Below, in pieces: positions 33,811 through 46,328 of a DNA stretch of 64,000 bases. Below the pieces are notes generated by a model. The model saw only the letters and a program-made list of their open reading frames with translations. It did not search any database and was not told the origin of the DNA. Position 1 is the stretch's first letter. Each line of letters opens with the position of its first letter. The translations under genes were made by a program, and so were the position numbers. The stretch is from the NCBI RefSeq assembly GCF_048593235.1, contig NC_133619.1, positions 18,304,454-18,368,453 of the forward strand. The letters run 5' to 3'. This stretch comes from Sminthopsis crassicaudata (taxonomy: Eukaryota).

Positions 33811-34599
33811 CCGGGCAGCTCGTTTCTGGCCTGGTGACTGCCTCACATTTATGAGACCCCGCGCCATAAAGCAGACAGGGACACTCCCCTTTGTTCCCCG
33901 GACCGGCCCTGCCCTCGCGGTGCTCCCTGACTTGGGTTCTGGGCGTTTGGAGCAGGTCCAGATGCTGCTTTGTGGGGAGGACTTTGTCTGGACAGTGCTC
34001 CCACTGGACTGTTTCTGTGAGTATGAGGGAGTGACTGGACCGTTTGGACAGAGAGGGAGCTCTTCAAGGACTCTCCTTCCCTCTGGCCAGCCTTCAGCTC
34101 GAGCCTGGACCAGGATGAGCAGGAGCCTCCGCCGGGGCTTAGGAGGAGGACAAGTGCTTTGCAGCAGAAGTTGCCAGCCGCTCTCCCAATGTGGGAAGAG
34201 GTTCCTGGCTGTAAACCATGCTGAGGAGGAAGATTTATAGCAGCATCCTGCGCCAGGGCAGCGGCGGATCCAGGAGGGCCGAGACTGGGGCCTTTTGTTA
34301 GTGTCCAGGGAGGGGGAGGGGAGGAAGTGGCTTCTTCGGCAGTCTTTCCCCCACAAAATAGCTGTTTTTTAATCCGGGCTCAGTGGAATCAGAGTCTGAG
34401 CTGAAGTCGGATAAGCCCAAGCCCCTCGATTCACAGATGAGAGTTGAGGCCAGGAAAGGGGAGCCCTGGTAGCCAAGAGCCCAGGGGCAGGGACCGAGCC
34501 AGCCGTGCCCCCAGGGTCCCATCTCCTTGGGGGAGAGGAGGGTAAAAGGTTTTAATAGGGGATTGCTCTTTAAAAACAATTAAGTATGTCGCCACATAG

Positions 34600-34830
34600 T
34601 AATAACAATAAGGAGGGTAGTGAGCATTTGCTGTGTGCCGGACACCGTGCAGAGTGCTCTGCAAACGTCATCTCATTTGATCCTCACGACAGCTCTGGGA
34701 GGTCAGTTTTACAGATGGGGGAGCTGAGGCAAATCCAGGTGAAGGGACTTGTCCAGAACCACGTGGCTAATATCTGAGGCTGGACTTGAATTTGGATCTT
34801 TCTGACTCCAGGCCTGATACTCTATTCACA
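34600..34830 (-). mobile_element. MIR/CORE-SINE
   Basis: ATCTCATTTGATCCTCACGACAGCTCTGGGAGG...TTTACAGATGGGGGAGCTGAGGC...TTCTGACTCCAGG. Confidence 0.8.
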
Positions 34831-36939
34831 GTGCCTGTTGGATCTGTAGCAGAAGGAGCATATTTTTATTTTATTTTGTTTTTGGTCATTACTCTTTTTA
34901 TTTTATTTTTATTTTTAAAAGATTTTTATTTTCAAAACATGCATAGATCAGTTTCAACATTAACCCTTGCAAAGCCTTGTGTAAGCAGGCTATTTAAAAA
35001 AATAACAAGTGGAACGGTTTATATCCTTTTGTTATTTATTTATTTATTTTTACCCAAAGAAAACCCTTAGCTTGCACGGTAGAAAGAAGGCCGAATTCAG
35101 AGCTCCCTTGGTTCTGCAGTTCATCTGTGTGACCTTGCCAAGCATTTCAGAGAACTGGAGGAGAATCCTCGGTGGTCACCAAACTGGCCTTACCTCTCCG
35201 AGCCTCAGTTTCTCCATCTGTACAATGAAGCTGAACCAGATGGCTTCCAAACTCCACCTCCACAGCTGCGATTGACTCAGGCAACAATGGATTAGTAAAT
35301 TTATCTTAGCACTTTGCAGGCCTTAGTGTTATATGAAGGTCATTCATTATTATTATTATTTCTGATCTATGAAACATCAGTCCAAAGGCAAAGATACAAA
35401 ACTTTGTGTGCACGTGTGTGTGTGTGTGTGTAAATATTTCAGAATCAAATGCCTAAATAATCTTTCTTCTGCCTGTAGAACGTCTTGTTAGATGGGCAAC
35501 TCCCCTTCTGGTCCATAACCTACGTGGAGACCTGCAGCGTCCCTATTATTTAGCACAGCGTGTGGAGTGCACATCTGAACCGACTCAAACAGTTTCTCTG
35601 GGAATATTTTTTTTCTTTTCTTCCTTCCATGGGGGAGAGATCATGAGTCAGGATTTTTGCAGTTTTCCCCCTTTTGAGAAAGTTGCATGGATTGATCTCC
35701 GTTGATGTTTGTATCACTAGTGATGATCACTAGCTTATCACGCGCACACTCTCACACAAATCCGTCTTCTTTGTATGTCATCGTTTGCATGTTGTTTCCC
35801 CCGTTAGACTGTGAGCTTCTCCAGGGCAAAAACTGCCTGTTCCTTTCTCTGCCCCCGATGCACGTAGCACAGTGCCTGGCACACAGGAGGCCCTTGGTAA
35901 GTGGCTGGTTACAAATGGAAGAAAGCAAATGATCTGCAAAAAGAGCCATTGGTTTTAGGCTGGAGAGACCTGGAAATGAACATTTTTCTGTGTGGTTCCT
36001 AATCTTTCATAAACATGTAGTTCTCCGTGCTAATGAAGGAGAGCTGAGAAAAGGCCATGAGCATATCCGAGACTCTCACCGGTGCATTGAGCAGCTGAGG
36101 CCCCACCACATCCCTGGGCCCTCCACGGGAGACCCTCCTCACACGAACCGAGTCATCAACTGTTGCTCTTTGGCCACCCATCAGTTCTGCATCCCTCCCT
36201 CATCTCTCCTTCGTGGGGAGCGGCATTGAAGGTCTGGCTAAAATCGAAGGGAGCTCTGTCCGTAGTATTCCCTCATCCCCGTGTAGCCATCCCATCCGAG
36301 GAGGTCAGGGTGGCCTGAGCTTGAGGAAGCCGGGCAGGCTCTGGGCCCCTGGAAGTTCCCCGGGGCTGCGGTTCAGGCTCATTGGCCCAGAGCATGCAGG
36401 CTCCCCCCGTTCCCTGAATGAGAAGGGGACGTTGGCCCTTCTGCAGGGGGCTGGCACCTGTAATATCGCTGAGGGCGGCTCGGGAAGATGGGTCCTGCTC
36501 TGGCTTCCTGGATTTCCTCCAGGGCAGCAGCTCAGGGCTCCCCTCCTCCTCTAGGCCGCTATATTCTGCAGGGTTCTTTGGGTTCTGCCATTAAAGTCAT
36601 TCTCTTTTGCTTTGCTCAGTGAGGGTCCCTGTAGTTACCATCGCAGCCAGAGTCCTGCCCCAGAGGGGTCCTCCCTTCCCTCTCAAGGGGCCGGAGGACG
36701 GGGCTGTGCGTTGGAGCTGCTGCCTTCCTGGTGTCGCCTGCCTGCTTATTCCCTGTCACCTGGCCTTGCTTCCATCTTCAGTACATGGACGGGGAGAATC
36801 AACGTGATTCGAGGTGTATTCTCTACGTCCACGTCATTTTCTTCAGAAAAATTCCATTTTCCCACCTCATGGAAATTGTTTCCCTTTATTGTCCTCAGCG
36901 TAGTATTCTTTTTTTTTCCTGGTTATACATGTATATTTA

Positions 36940-37430
36940 CTTTTTAAAATACACATTTCTTTATGAATCATGCTGAGAGAGAAAAATCAGAACAAAAGGG
37001 AAAAAGCCACAGGAGAGGGGAAAAAACCCACAAAAAAAGGAGTGAGCCCAGCATATGCTGATTTACATTCAGTCTCCATAGTTCTCCTCTGGATGCAGGT
37101 GGCGTTTTCTAGCCACTGGGGCTGCCTTTCATCCCTGAACCACTGAGGAGAACCAAGACTTTTGTAGCTGATCGTGGCCCACTTTTGCTGTTTCTGCTAC
37201 AATGTATCCCTAATTCGGCTGTAGTGTAGTATTCTTTTTCTTTTCTTTTTTTATTATTAAAGCTTTTGCTTTTCAAACATATGCATAGATAATTATTAAC
37301 ACCCACCCTGGCCAAACCTTGTGTTCTGCATTTTCTCCCTCCCTCCCTCCACCCTTCCCCTAGATGTCAGGTAATCCAATACAGGTTAAACACAGGCAAT
37401 TCTTCTATAGTATTTGTATTTCCACAATTA
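36940..37430 (-). mobile_element. Older L1 3' end with a younger L1 3' piece inserted or adjacent
   Basis: TTTATGAATCATGCTGAGAGAGAAAAATCAGAACAAAAGGG...GATTTACATTCAGTCTCCATAGTT is homologous to 57740-57900. Confidence 0.7.
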
Positions 37431-37834
37431 TCACCTTATTCTTGGGCCTGTCCTGGCCTGGCTTCCCCTGAAGGGCTTCCTCCCTGATACTTACTCAGGA
37501 CTATCTGCTCTGAACCCTTTGAAATCTGCTTTCCGAAGTCATCCGGGCTGGCTATGTGTTTGGGTGCCCACCGCTGGCCCATCGGGTCATGTTTGCTGAG
37601 CGGGCAGTCTGCCAACACGCATTAAGTGCTTACTGTGCGTCAGGCACGGGGTCAGACCCTGGGAAGATGAAGAGCCTGGCTGTGGCTGCTCTGACATTTG
37701 CTGTGCAGGGAAGGCCTTGCCTGCCGGCTTGGAGGGTGCTCCAGGAGCTCTTGCTGCCAAGGAACACTTTATTTCTTTAACCCCTTCTCTGGCTAGTTCT
37801 GCCTCTGGCACGTTTCTGCTCCCATTGCTGCCAG

Positions 37835-37837
<3 letters not shown>

Positions 37838-37884
<47 letters not shown>

Positions 37885-38120
37885 CAAACACACACAGAGA
37901 AGGAGACACACACACACACACTTGTTTCCCTTCATTGTCTTCAGCATAGTGTTCTATGACACACACACACATACACAAAAAGACACACAGAGACAGATAC
38001 ACACAGAAAGACACACGCAGATACACACTCACAGAGAGAATGACAGGGACACACACAGAAAGGCAAAGATATAGACAGATACTTGCACAGAGAAAGACAC
38101 ACACACACAGACACACACAG
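37838..38120. repeat. (GT)~22 followed directly by an (AC/AG)-rich degenerate tract
   Basis: GTGTGT...GTG ACAAACACACACAGAGAAGGAGACACACACACACACAC. Confidence 0.92.
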
Positions 38121-38579
38121 ACTTTTTGTTTTTAGGCAAAATATGGAAATTCAGCTTGTAAAAGGTCAAGGTTTCTTCTTTCTAATTAGGTTCTTTTAAA
38201 ATTCTGACAGCTTTGGCCCAGACAATGATAGCTCTGGGTTTAGTCTTCCCAACACGCAGCGTTTTCTAGCCCTGGCAGTCCGGAGGGGCCCGGCATCCTT
38301 CCCCGGCAGCGTGGTGGGACCAGCCTCGAGGGCCTCCTTGGGCAGCGTCTGAGGGGAGGCGTCTCGAGTCGTCCTGCCAGAGGCCTCCGCTTAGAACTGC
38401 CCGGGATGTGTAATGTAAGCCAGGACGGCGCGCACCCCTCCCCAAGCCGTGGGTCATCTAAGAAAACCATCCTAACCCTTAATGGGGAAAGCTATTTTGG
38501 TTTCCCTTTTCATGGGGGCTTACGCTTAGAGCCGGGCCATCTGCTGCGACAGCTAAAAAAATATTTATCAAACACTTAG

Positions 38580-38810
38580 GAGAGTGCCTGGCACACAGAG
38601 GGCTGCCTAACTGTTACTTGTTACCTCCTGGGGCATGTGAAGATCAAATGAAGCAGTGATGATAAAGCACTTAGCACAGTGCCTGGCACACAGTAGGGCT
38701 ATCTAAGTATTAGTAGTTGTTGTTACCTCCTAGGACTATTTTGAGGATCAGAAGAGATAAAGTTTGCTTAGCAGAGTGCCTGGCACACAGTAGGTGCCCT
38801 GTAAGTGTTG
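38580..38810 (+). repeat. Old diverged tandem triplication (~96 bp) of a MIR/L2 3' tail
   Basis: AGTGCCTGGCACACAG at 38583, 38678 and 38775. The intervening TGTTACCTCCT...GATCA..AAG blocks are also repeated. Confidence 0.8.
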
Positions 38811-40845
38811 GTTCTGTTTCCTCCTGCCCGGGTGCCCGGGTGCTCTTTCTCAGGGCCCTCCTGGCTGTCCCTAACAGCCACATGGATGCTCGTCAGCCTC
38901 CTGGGCCCGCCCACCCACCTGTGGCCGCCCAGTGCTCCCAGAGGGCCCTGCTCCTCCTGGAGGCCTCCTCGGCCCTGCTCTGTCCCGGCTGATTCCCCTC
39001 CTCCCTCCCCTGGTCCTACCCCCCCCCCCGCCCCCGGGAAGCGCTCCTTCAGCCCCTCCTGCCCCCAGAAGACCCAGTCTCTGGCCCCTCAGGTTTCCCG
39101 TCTGACCCTGATTTCCAAGCTCTTTGCTGCCAGGCTGGCGGCTCCGGGGCAAGCTCCCCCTTCCCCTGTGTCTCCCGCGCGGACCGGGGCCTTGCCCACA
39201 GCCGGCCTTGAATGAGCCTTGGCTGAGTGGATTTTTAGACAATGGGAAATGAAGGTGTCCCCAGTTTCCACTTTGGGGAGGCAGGCAAGGCCGGCTCCTT
39301 TGCAAGGAGGGGCTGGAGGAAAGCTCCGCAGACTTGGGGTTTCCCGGAGACATGGGTTGGAATAAACCCCACACCCCAAGATCACTTGCGGAGATGCTGG
39401 GGACGGGAAGGGCCGGGGCCGTGAATCCCGCGGCAGGGCGCTCTCGGTTCTCGCCATATGTTACGGTAATAAAGGCGGTGACATTGCTCTCCAAAGGGGA
39501 ATTTCTGTGTTACTTATGAGCTGTCTTTGGGGAAGATGGTGGCAGCTTTCAGAGAACGTGTTCCATAAATCAGCGTGGGCTCCTCGCACTAAGGGATCAC
39601 TAACAGCGGTCAGACCGAGCGGCCTCCCTCCCACGGGGATTGCCGCTGTGCTTGGGGTGTCCGCTGTGGCCCAAGGGCCGGATTTCCATCCCGGTGCCTG
39701 CCGCTGGGCTGGGGGGCTCAGCCGGGCTCCCCGAGTCTTCCCGCCTCCCCTCTGAGCTGTCTCCAGTCTGCCCCTCCATGGACGTATGAGCAGGGGGCTG
39801 CCCTCATCCCCAATGGACCGAGAGCTCTGCCCTGCCATGTTTTCCCAGAATCCAGCATCTTGTGGGAAAACAGCAGGTGCTCAATAAGTGCTTTCCTGCT
39901 TGACTTGAGGTGACTAATGAAGCAATTACTCCCCCAGGGCAGGTGAGCTCCTCCAAGGAGGGGGAACCCACAGGGTTCTTTCGGTGCCATTTGTCCTGGC
40001 CGAGGACGCCGCGGGAGGCTGACCCTTCCCTGGGCGGGGCAGGGAGCTTCCCTCCCTTTTTGTGTCTCAGGAAAACGAGGCTGTCAGGGACGGCTTCCTG
40101 TGGCTCCGAGATCACAAGGAGAAGCGCCCGGGAGTCTGTGAGGGGACACGGTGTCCCCGGTCCCCAGGTCTAGAGCCAGCGCTCATCTTCAGGGCTCCTC
40201 CGGGGCCATTCTGCAGGGGGGGACAGGCCCAGTCACGGCCTTGCTTCTCACCGGGCCTGGGCCGTCCTGATCAGGCTCCCGAGTCCCCTTCCAGGAGGGC
40301 AAGTGCGCTGACCGTTAGTGAAAGTCTGCAGAGAGCGAGCGCTGGCCGGGGTCCGGTGGCGCTGGGGCTCCGCGGTGCGGCCTCTCGGTCACAGGCCGCG
40401 GCCGCGCTCCTGGGCCCGGCACCCGCTCTGTCATGTAAAACGACCACGCGGCGCTGCCGGGATCGTATCTGTGCTCTTAGAACCGTTGTTGGGCAGAGCT
40501 GCCATTTATCGGATGCAAGTTCATGGTCAAGGGTGCCCTTTGAGCTACGCCGGGCCTGCGGCTGCGGGGGGGGTTTCCAGGAACGCCGTCCTTTGCTGCG
40601 GGTGCGAGGGCCTCCAGGGGCCCGGCCCGGGGGTGCTCTGTCTCCTAAGGAGTCCACGTCTCCTTGCTGGACAGCATCCCGTGATAAAAGGGCTGCGGAG
40701 CAAAGTCCCCCCTGGGTGAGCCACGGAAGCTTCTCCATGCCGAAGGCTAACGGGCCTCCAAGATCAGTGTTCTCTTAGGAAGGTCTCTCAGCAAGAGTGC
40801 TCCACCCGAGAAATCCTCTCTCTCTCTAGGTCTCTGTTGATATCT

Positions 40846-42227
40846 GAACCTAGAACTGTGGTTCCAGATGTGTTCTAGTGTGATTCATAATTTTAGGACA
40901 GATCTGTGGCAGAACCTAGAACCATGGTTCTAGATGTGTTCTAGTGTGATTCATAGCTTTAGAACAGTTCTGTGGCAGAACCTAGAACCATGGTTCTAGA
41001 TGTGTTCTGGTGTGATTCATAGCTTTAGAACAGTTCTGTGGCAGAACCTAGAGCTGTGGTTCTAGGTGTGTTCTAGTGTGATTCATAGCTTTAGAACAGT
41101 TCTGTGGCAGAACCTAGAGCTGTGGTTCTAGAGTGATTCATAGCTTTAGAACAGTTCTGTGGCAGAACCTAGAGCTGTGGTTCTAGATGTGTTCTAGTGT
41201 GATTCATAGCTTTAGAACAGTTCTGTGGCAGAACCTAGAGCTGTGGTTCTAGATGTGTTCTAGTGTGATTCATAGCTTTAGAACAGTTCTGTGGCAGAAC
41301 CTAGAGCTGTGGTTCTAGGTGTGTTCTAGTGTGATTCATAGCTTTAGAACAGTTCTGTGGCAGAACCTAGAGCTGTGGTTCTAGAGTGATTCATAGCTTT
41401 AGAACAGTTCTGTGGCAGAACCTAGAGCTGTGGTTCTAGATGTGTTCTAGTGTGATTCATAGCTTTAGGACAGTTCTGTGGCAGAACCTAGAGCTGTGGT
41501 TCTAGATGTGTTCTAGTGTGATTCATAGCTTTAGAACAGTTCTGTGGCAGGACCTAGAGCTGTGGTTCTAGATGTGTTCTAGAGTGATTCATAGCTTTAG
41601 GACAGTTCTGTGGCAGAACCTAGAGCTGTGGTTCTAGATGTGTTCTAGTGTGATCCATAGCTTTAGAACAGTTCTGTGGCAGAACCTAGAGCTGTGGTTC
41701 TAGGTATGTTCTAGTGTGATTCATAGCTTTAGAACAGTTCTGTGGCAGAACCTAGAGCTGTGGTTCCAGATGTGTTCTAGTGTGATTCATAGCTTTAGAA
41801 CAGTTCTGTGGCAGAACCTAGAGCTGTGGTTCTAGATGTGTTCTAGTGTGATCCATAGCTTTAGAACAGTTCTGTGGCAGAACCTAGAGCTGTGGTTCTA
41901 GGTATGTTCTAGTGTGATTCATAGCTTTAGAATAGTTCTGTGGCAGAACCTAGAGCCGTGGTTCTAGATGTGTTCTAGTGTGATTCATAGCTTTAGAACA
42001 GTTCTGTGGCAGAACCTAGAGCTCTGGTTCTAGATGTGTTCTAGTGTGATTCATAGCTTTAGAACAGTTCTGTGGCAGAACCTAGAGCTGTGGTTCTAGG
42101 TGTGTTCTAGTGTGATTCATAGCTTTAGAACAGTTCTGTGGCAGAAACTAGAGCTGCGGTTCTAGATGTGTTCTAGTGTGATTCATAGCTTTAGAACAGT
42201 TCTGTGGCAGAACCTAGAGCTGTGGTT
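40846..42227. repeat. 66-bp minisatellite, about 21 copies (two 55-bp deletion variants)
   Basis: Unit AGAACCTAGAGCTGTGGTTCTAGATGTGTTCTAGTGTGATTCATAGCTTTAGAACAGTTCTGTGGC. Confidence 0.98.
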
Positions 42228-42389
42228 TTTGCTGGGTGGATACAAAGGTTCAGAGATGTAGAACTGAGTCATAGCCAGACCTAAAGTCAGGTTCTAGGTG
42301 TGTTTGGAGGTTCATAGATTTGGGGCGTCGGTAGCTGAACGCAGAGCTGCGGTTCTAGATGTGCTAAAAGGGGGCTCACAGATTTGAGC

Positions 42390-45300
42390 CCGGGAGGGAC
42401 GATGAGGCTGGCACCGGAGACGTCTGTCTGGACCACGAGCAGCGGCGGCGTGGGCCCTGGCTCTGACTGTGTCCTCGGCATCGTGGAGCCCCTGGCTCCT
42501 GCACGCCCGCAGTCACTCATACACACGCGTGCTCACACTCTCGCACCCGCACACACGAGGTCACGATCGGGATGAAATACATTCTACTATAACGTTCACC
42601 ACACGAGAGGGCGCTTGCTCAGAAGGAAGGCGGCGCTCAGCAGGCGCTGGGGGGCGCGGAATGTTACCTTCGGCCTCCCCTCCGTGCTCTGGAGCCCAGG
42701 AGGTGAAAAAGGCTCCTTCACCAAGAGTTCTAGATGGATTGCCGGGCAGGGCTGGCTTTGTTAGGAGAACGCCTAGATCTCACAGTTTACATTTACATGG
42801 AAATAAATTCCCCCAGAAAACCTTTGAAGAAGTTTTGAAAATGCCAGGTATCTGTGCGTGGGAAAGGAAGCCCGCTGTCAGAATCGTGCCGCGGGATTTC
42901 ACTTCTGTGTCTGGGAGAAAGCCCTTCCGCAGCTTCCGGAGCCGGGCTCCGGCGTGAGGGAAAGGGCGTGCGTGTGCTCTTACCGGGGACCGCTGTGAGC
43001 CTCCCTCCTAAGTGGAGCTCTGTTCCCGCTGCTCTTACTTAATCGGCCCATTCTTTCTCCCGCGGGCCCGGCTGCGAGGGGCCCGGGCAGCCCCTGGTGT
43101 CCTTGGGAGGAGTCCTGGAGAGTCCTCCCGCCGCTTGGGAAAGTCGGGCGCCCTCGGATCTCCCCTAGACAAAGGGGCCCTGCAGCGCGCAGCCCACTGT
43201 GGCCCTGTGGCTCTCAGCGCCCGGGGAGGGGGCGGAGCGTTGGAGGGGGCCTCGGACATTGTCCCGTGTCCGGAGTCTCATTTACAGAGGAGGAAACTGA
43301 GGCCTGATGAGTGAAAGGGGGTTCAGGATCACATGCGAAAAAAGAACGAAAAAGAAAGGGTCATATATGTGGGTGTGTATTCATACATACGTACAATGTA
43401 TNNNNNNNNNNNNNNNNNNNNNNNNNNNNNNNNNNNNNNNNNNNNNNNNNNNNNNNNNNNNNNNNNNNNNNNNNNNNNNNNNNNNNNNNNNNNNNNNNNN
43501 NNNNNNNNNNNNNNNNNNNNNNNNNNNNNNNNNNNNNNNNNNNNNNNNNNNNNNNNNNNNNNNNNNNNNNNNNNNNNNNNNNNNNNNNNNNNNNNNNNNN
43601 NNNNNNNNNNNNNNNNNNNNNNNNNNNNNNNNNNNNNNNNNNNNNNNNNNNNNNNNNNNNNNNNNNNNNNNNNNNNNNNNNNNNNNNNNNNNNNNNNNNN
43701 NNNNNNNNNNNNNNNNNNNNNNNNNNNNNNNNNNNNNNNNNNNNNNNNNNNNNNNNNNNNNNNNNNNNNNNNNNNNNNNNNNNNNNNNNNNNNNNNNNNN
43801 NNNNNNNNNNNNNNNNNNNNNNNNNNNNNNNNNNNNNNNNNNNNNNNNNNNNNNNNNNNNNNNNNNNNNNNNNNNNNNNNNNNNNNNNNNNNNNNNNNNN
43901 NNNNNNNNNNNNNNNNNNNNNTTTGGAACCGCCTTGATCAGAGCCATCAGGCGCTCACAGGGGTCCTGGGGCAACGCCGCCATTACTACGCCCAGCGCAT
44001 TTCTCGGTTCCGCTCACACAGGCCTTTCCAGCTTTTTCTACTCCTTGATTTTTCTCCGGCACCGCCGTGTTCCACGGCAGGCCCACCCCCCGTTCCCCCC
44101 CGTTGTAACCCGGGCACCGAAGCGCTCACCGGTCCCCAGGCTGGGCGGCGTGCCCCCGGCGGCTCTGTGGGCCAGGCCCTTGGGGGGAGCCATTTTCAGG
44201 AAGGACCTCGGGTTCCCTCTCGGCTCTTGGGCCCCCTCTTGCCCCAAAGCCCTTCCGTCCTGGCGGTAATCCCGCACATTTTCGTGTGTGATCCATCGGG
44301 CTCCCTCCCGGGTTAGCTGGCGGATTGGGGTGCCCGCTGCCGCTGTTGGACGTCAGGGGTGGGGGACAGGGCCTGGCCCGCCGCTTCTCCTTCACCCAGG
44401 CGGGTGCTTCCCGTGGGCACGGGGACTCCCAGTGTGCCGGGCCGCCGTGTCCGCACTTTCCGAGCCTGGGCGTGTGGGCGCCGGGAAGCCGGGCCGAGGC
44501 GAATGAGGCGTGTGGCAGTCAGAGTAATTAGCGCTGTGGCTCTCCGGTTCTGGAGCATTTGCTGGCGCCCACTGCGGGCCCTGTGAGGAGGCTTCCCGGG
44601 GAGGAGGCTGCGGGAGCCCGGAACCGGGTGGGCTCAGTCTCCCAGGGCGGCTTCCTATCCCAGGATTCCCCGGAGCCGAACCCAGGGCAGGACCACGAGG
44701 GTTTCTTCCCAGGGCACAGGACTTCAGGAGACATTGAAAGGCCTCGTCATGGAGCATCCCGGGAGCCAGAGGGACGGCTGGAGAGAGGAAGCTGTGGGGG
44801 GCGCGTCCTCCTTATCCCGTGAGCCCCTCCTCCCGTCCCCGCCTCGGCTCCCTCAGCTTCCCAGGCAGAGGTCTCCCGGTCTCCCTCGGGCGTCTCTGCC
44901 CTTCCTCCCTGAAGGGTTGGGGGAGACGCTGGCTCTGGGCTTTCTCACCCCAGCCTCTGTGCCCCGCAGCCCTTACTGAGTTTGGGCTCACTGAGCTGGG
45001 GACTCCACCAGGCTGCCGGGCCCACAGCATGGCACGGACTGCACCGAGTGCAGGATCGCTGTCCGGGGGCCGGCCGGATGGACAGGCCCAAACCTCCCCA
45101 GGCGCCCCCACGAGCACAGACCCAAACCCCGGCAGCATTTATGGGGCTCCTTCTGAGCTCCTGACAACGCCCCGGCTGTTCCCCAGGAATGGTCAGACGC
45201 CCGTCCCTCCTGGCTCCTTGGTTTGAATCCTTGTCTGCCCTGGCCGCTGGGGCCGCCACCGGCTGCTTCCGGGGTTTGGCTTTAGACCTCCCGGAGCCGC

Positions 45301-45480
45301 CCTGCCCCCCCTGCCCCCCCCCCCGTCTGCCCCTCTCTCCCCCCCCCCCCCCCCCCCCCCCCCCCGTCCGCCCCTGCCCCTCCCAGCATTCCAGAGTGGG
45401 ATTTCGGATGGGAAGCACCGAGTGCAGACTCTGGGGTTTGAGCTGGTTTTCTGTGGGATCAGTTTATACAAAGCAGGAAA
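42390..45480. promoter_or_regulatory. Large CpG-rich island interrupted by a gap
   Basis: Dense CpGs at 42390-43260 and 43920-45300, a poly-C tract at 45300-45370 and an RBPJ-type CGTGGGAA at 42857-42864. Confidence 0.55.
43402..43921. other. Assembly gap
   Basis: N run. Confidence 1.
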
Positions 45481-46111
45481 AACAGGACACCCCGAGGCGG
45501 TGAAAGTCAAGCATTAATGTTGTCCTGTCCCATGCGGTGCTGAGTGCGAGGACAGAAGGGAAATCTGCTGGGGGGGGGGGCATAGGGAGCACACAGGTCA
45601 TTAAATAAAAAATAAACGCAAAATAACCGAGGAATCCAAAGGCATTTCCAGAGAGAGCCCCGGCCACTCCTTCACTCATTTTTTCCTGGTCTTAAACTTT
45701 TAAGAGAAGTTTGTCCTGAATAATTTTTTTCCAGAAACATTTGCCAGCAGAAAATTGGAGGTTTCAAAGTTGTTATAAGGTTATTTTTTATTCATTATGG
45801 TGCAACGGGGTAAGAAGGATTTTGTGATTAGCCAGCAAAACACAGTTGGCCCGTCATAAACACAATAACATCGTGCTGCAGATTTAAAGACTAAATAGCT
45901 GGGCCAAAGAGCAGCCTCAAATCAGTTCAATAGCTTGCTTTTATATCATTTTCAAGATTCACAGAATTCACAGCAATACTGTGAAATCACTGGTACAAGT
46001 ACTGTTAAACCCATTATACAGATGGGGAAGCTGAGGCTTAATCAGGTTAAGCCATTTTCATTGCTAGTGTCAGGAGCTCAGCATTTGAAGCCAGGTATTT
46101 CAAGTCTGTGC

Positions 46112-46328
46112 NNNNNNNNNNNNNNNNNNNNNNNNNNNNNNNNNNNNNNNNNNNNNNNNNNNNNNNNNNNNNNNNNNNNNNNNNNNNNNNNNNNNNNNNN
46201 NNNNNNNNNNNNNNNNNNNNNNNNNNNNNNNNNNNNNNNNNNNNNNNNNNNNNNNNNNNNNNNNNNNNNNNNNNNNNNNNNNNNNNNNNNNNNNNNNNNN
46301 NNNNNNNNNNNNNNNNNNNNNNNNNNNN
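46112..46328. other. Assembly gap
   Basis: N run. Confidence 1.

Noticed and set aside
32464-33854. 395-457-aa ORFs in all three plus frames
   Set aside because: The periodic peptide comes from the 55-bp repeat.
30340-42227. CRISPR-like appearance of regular repeats
   Set aside because: The units are head-to-tail with no unique spacers, there are no cas genes, and the DNA is mammalian.
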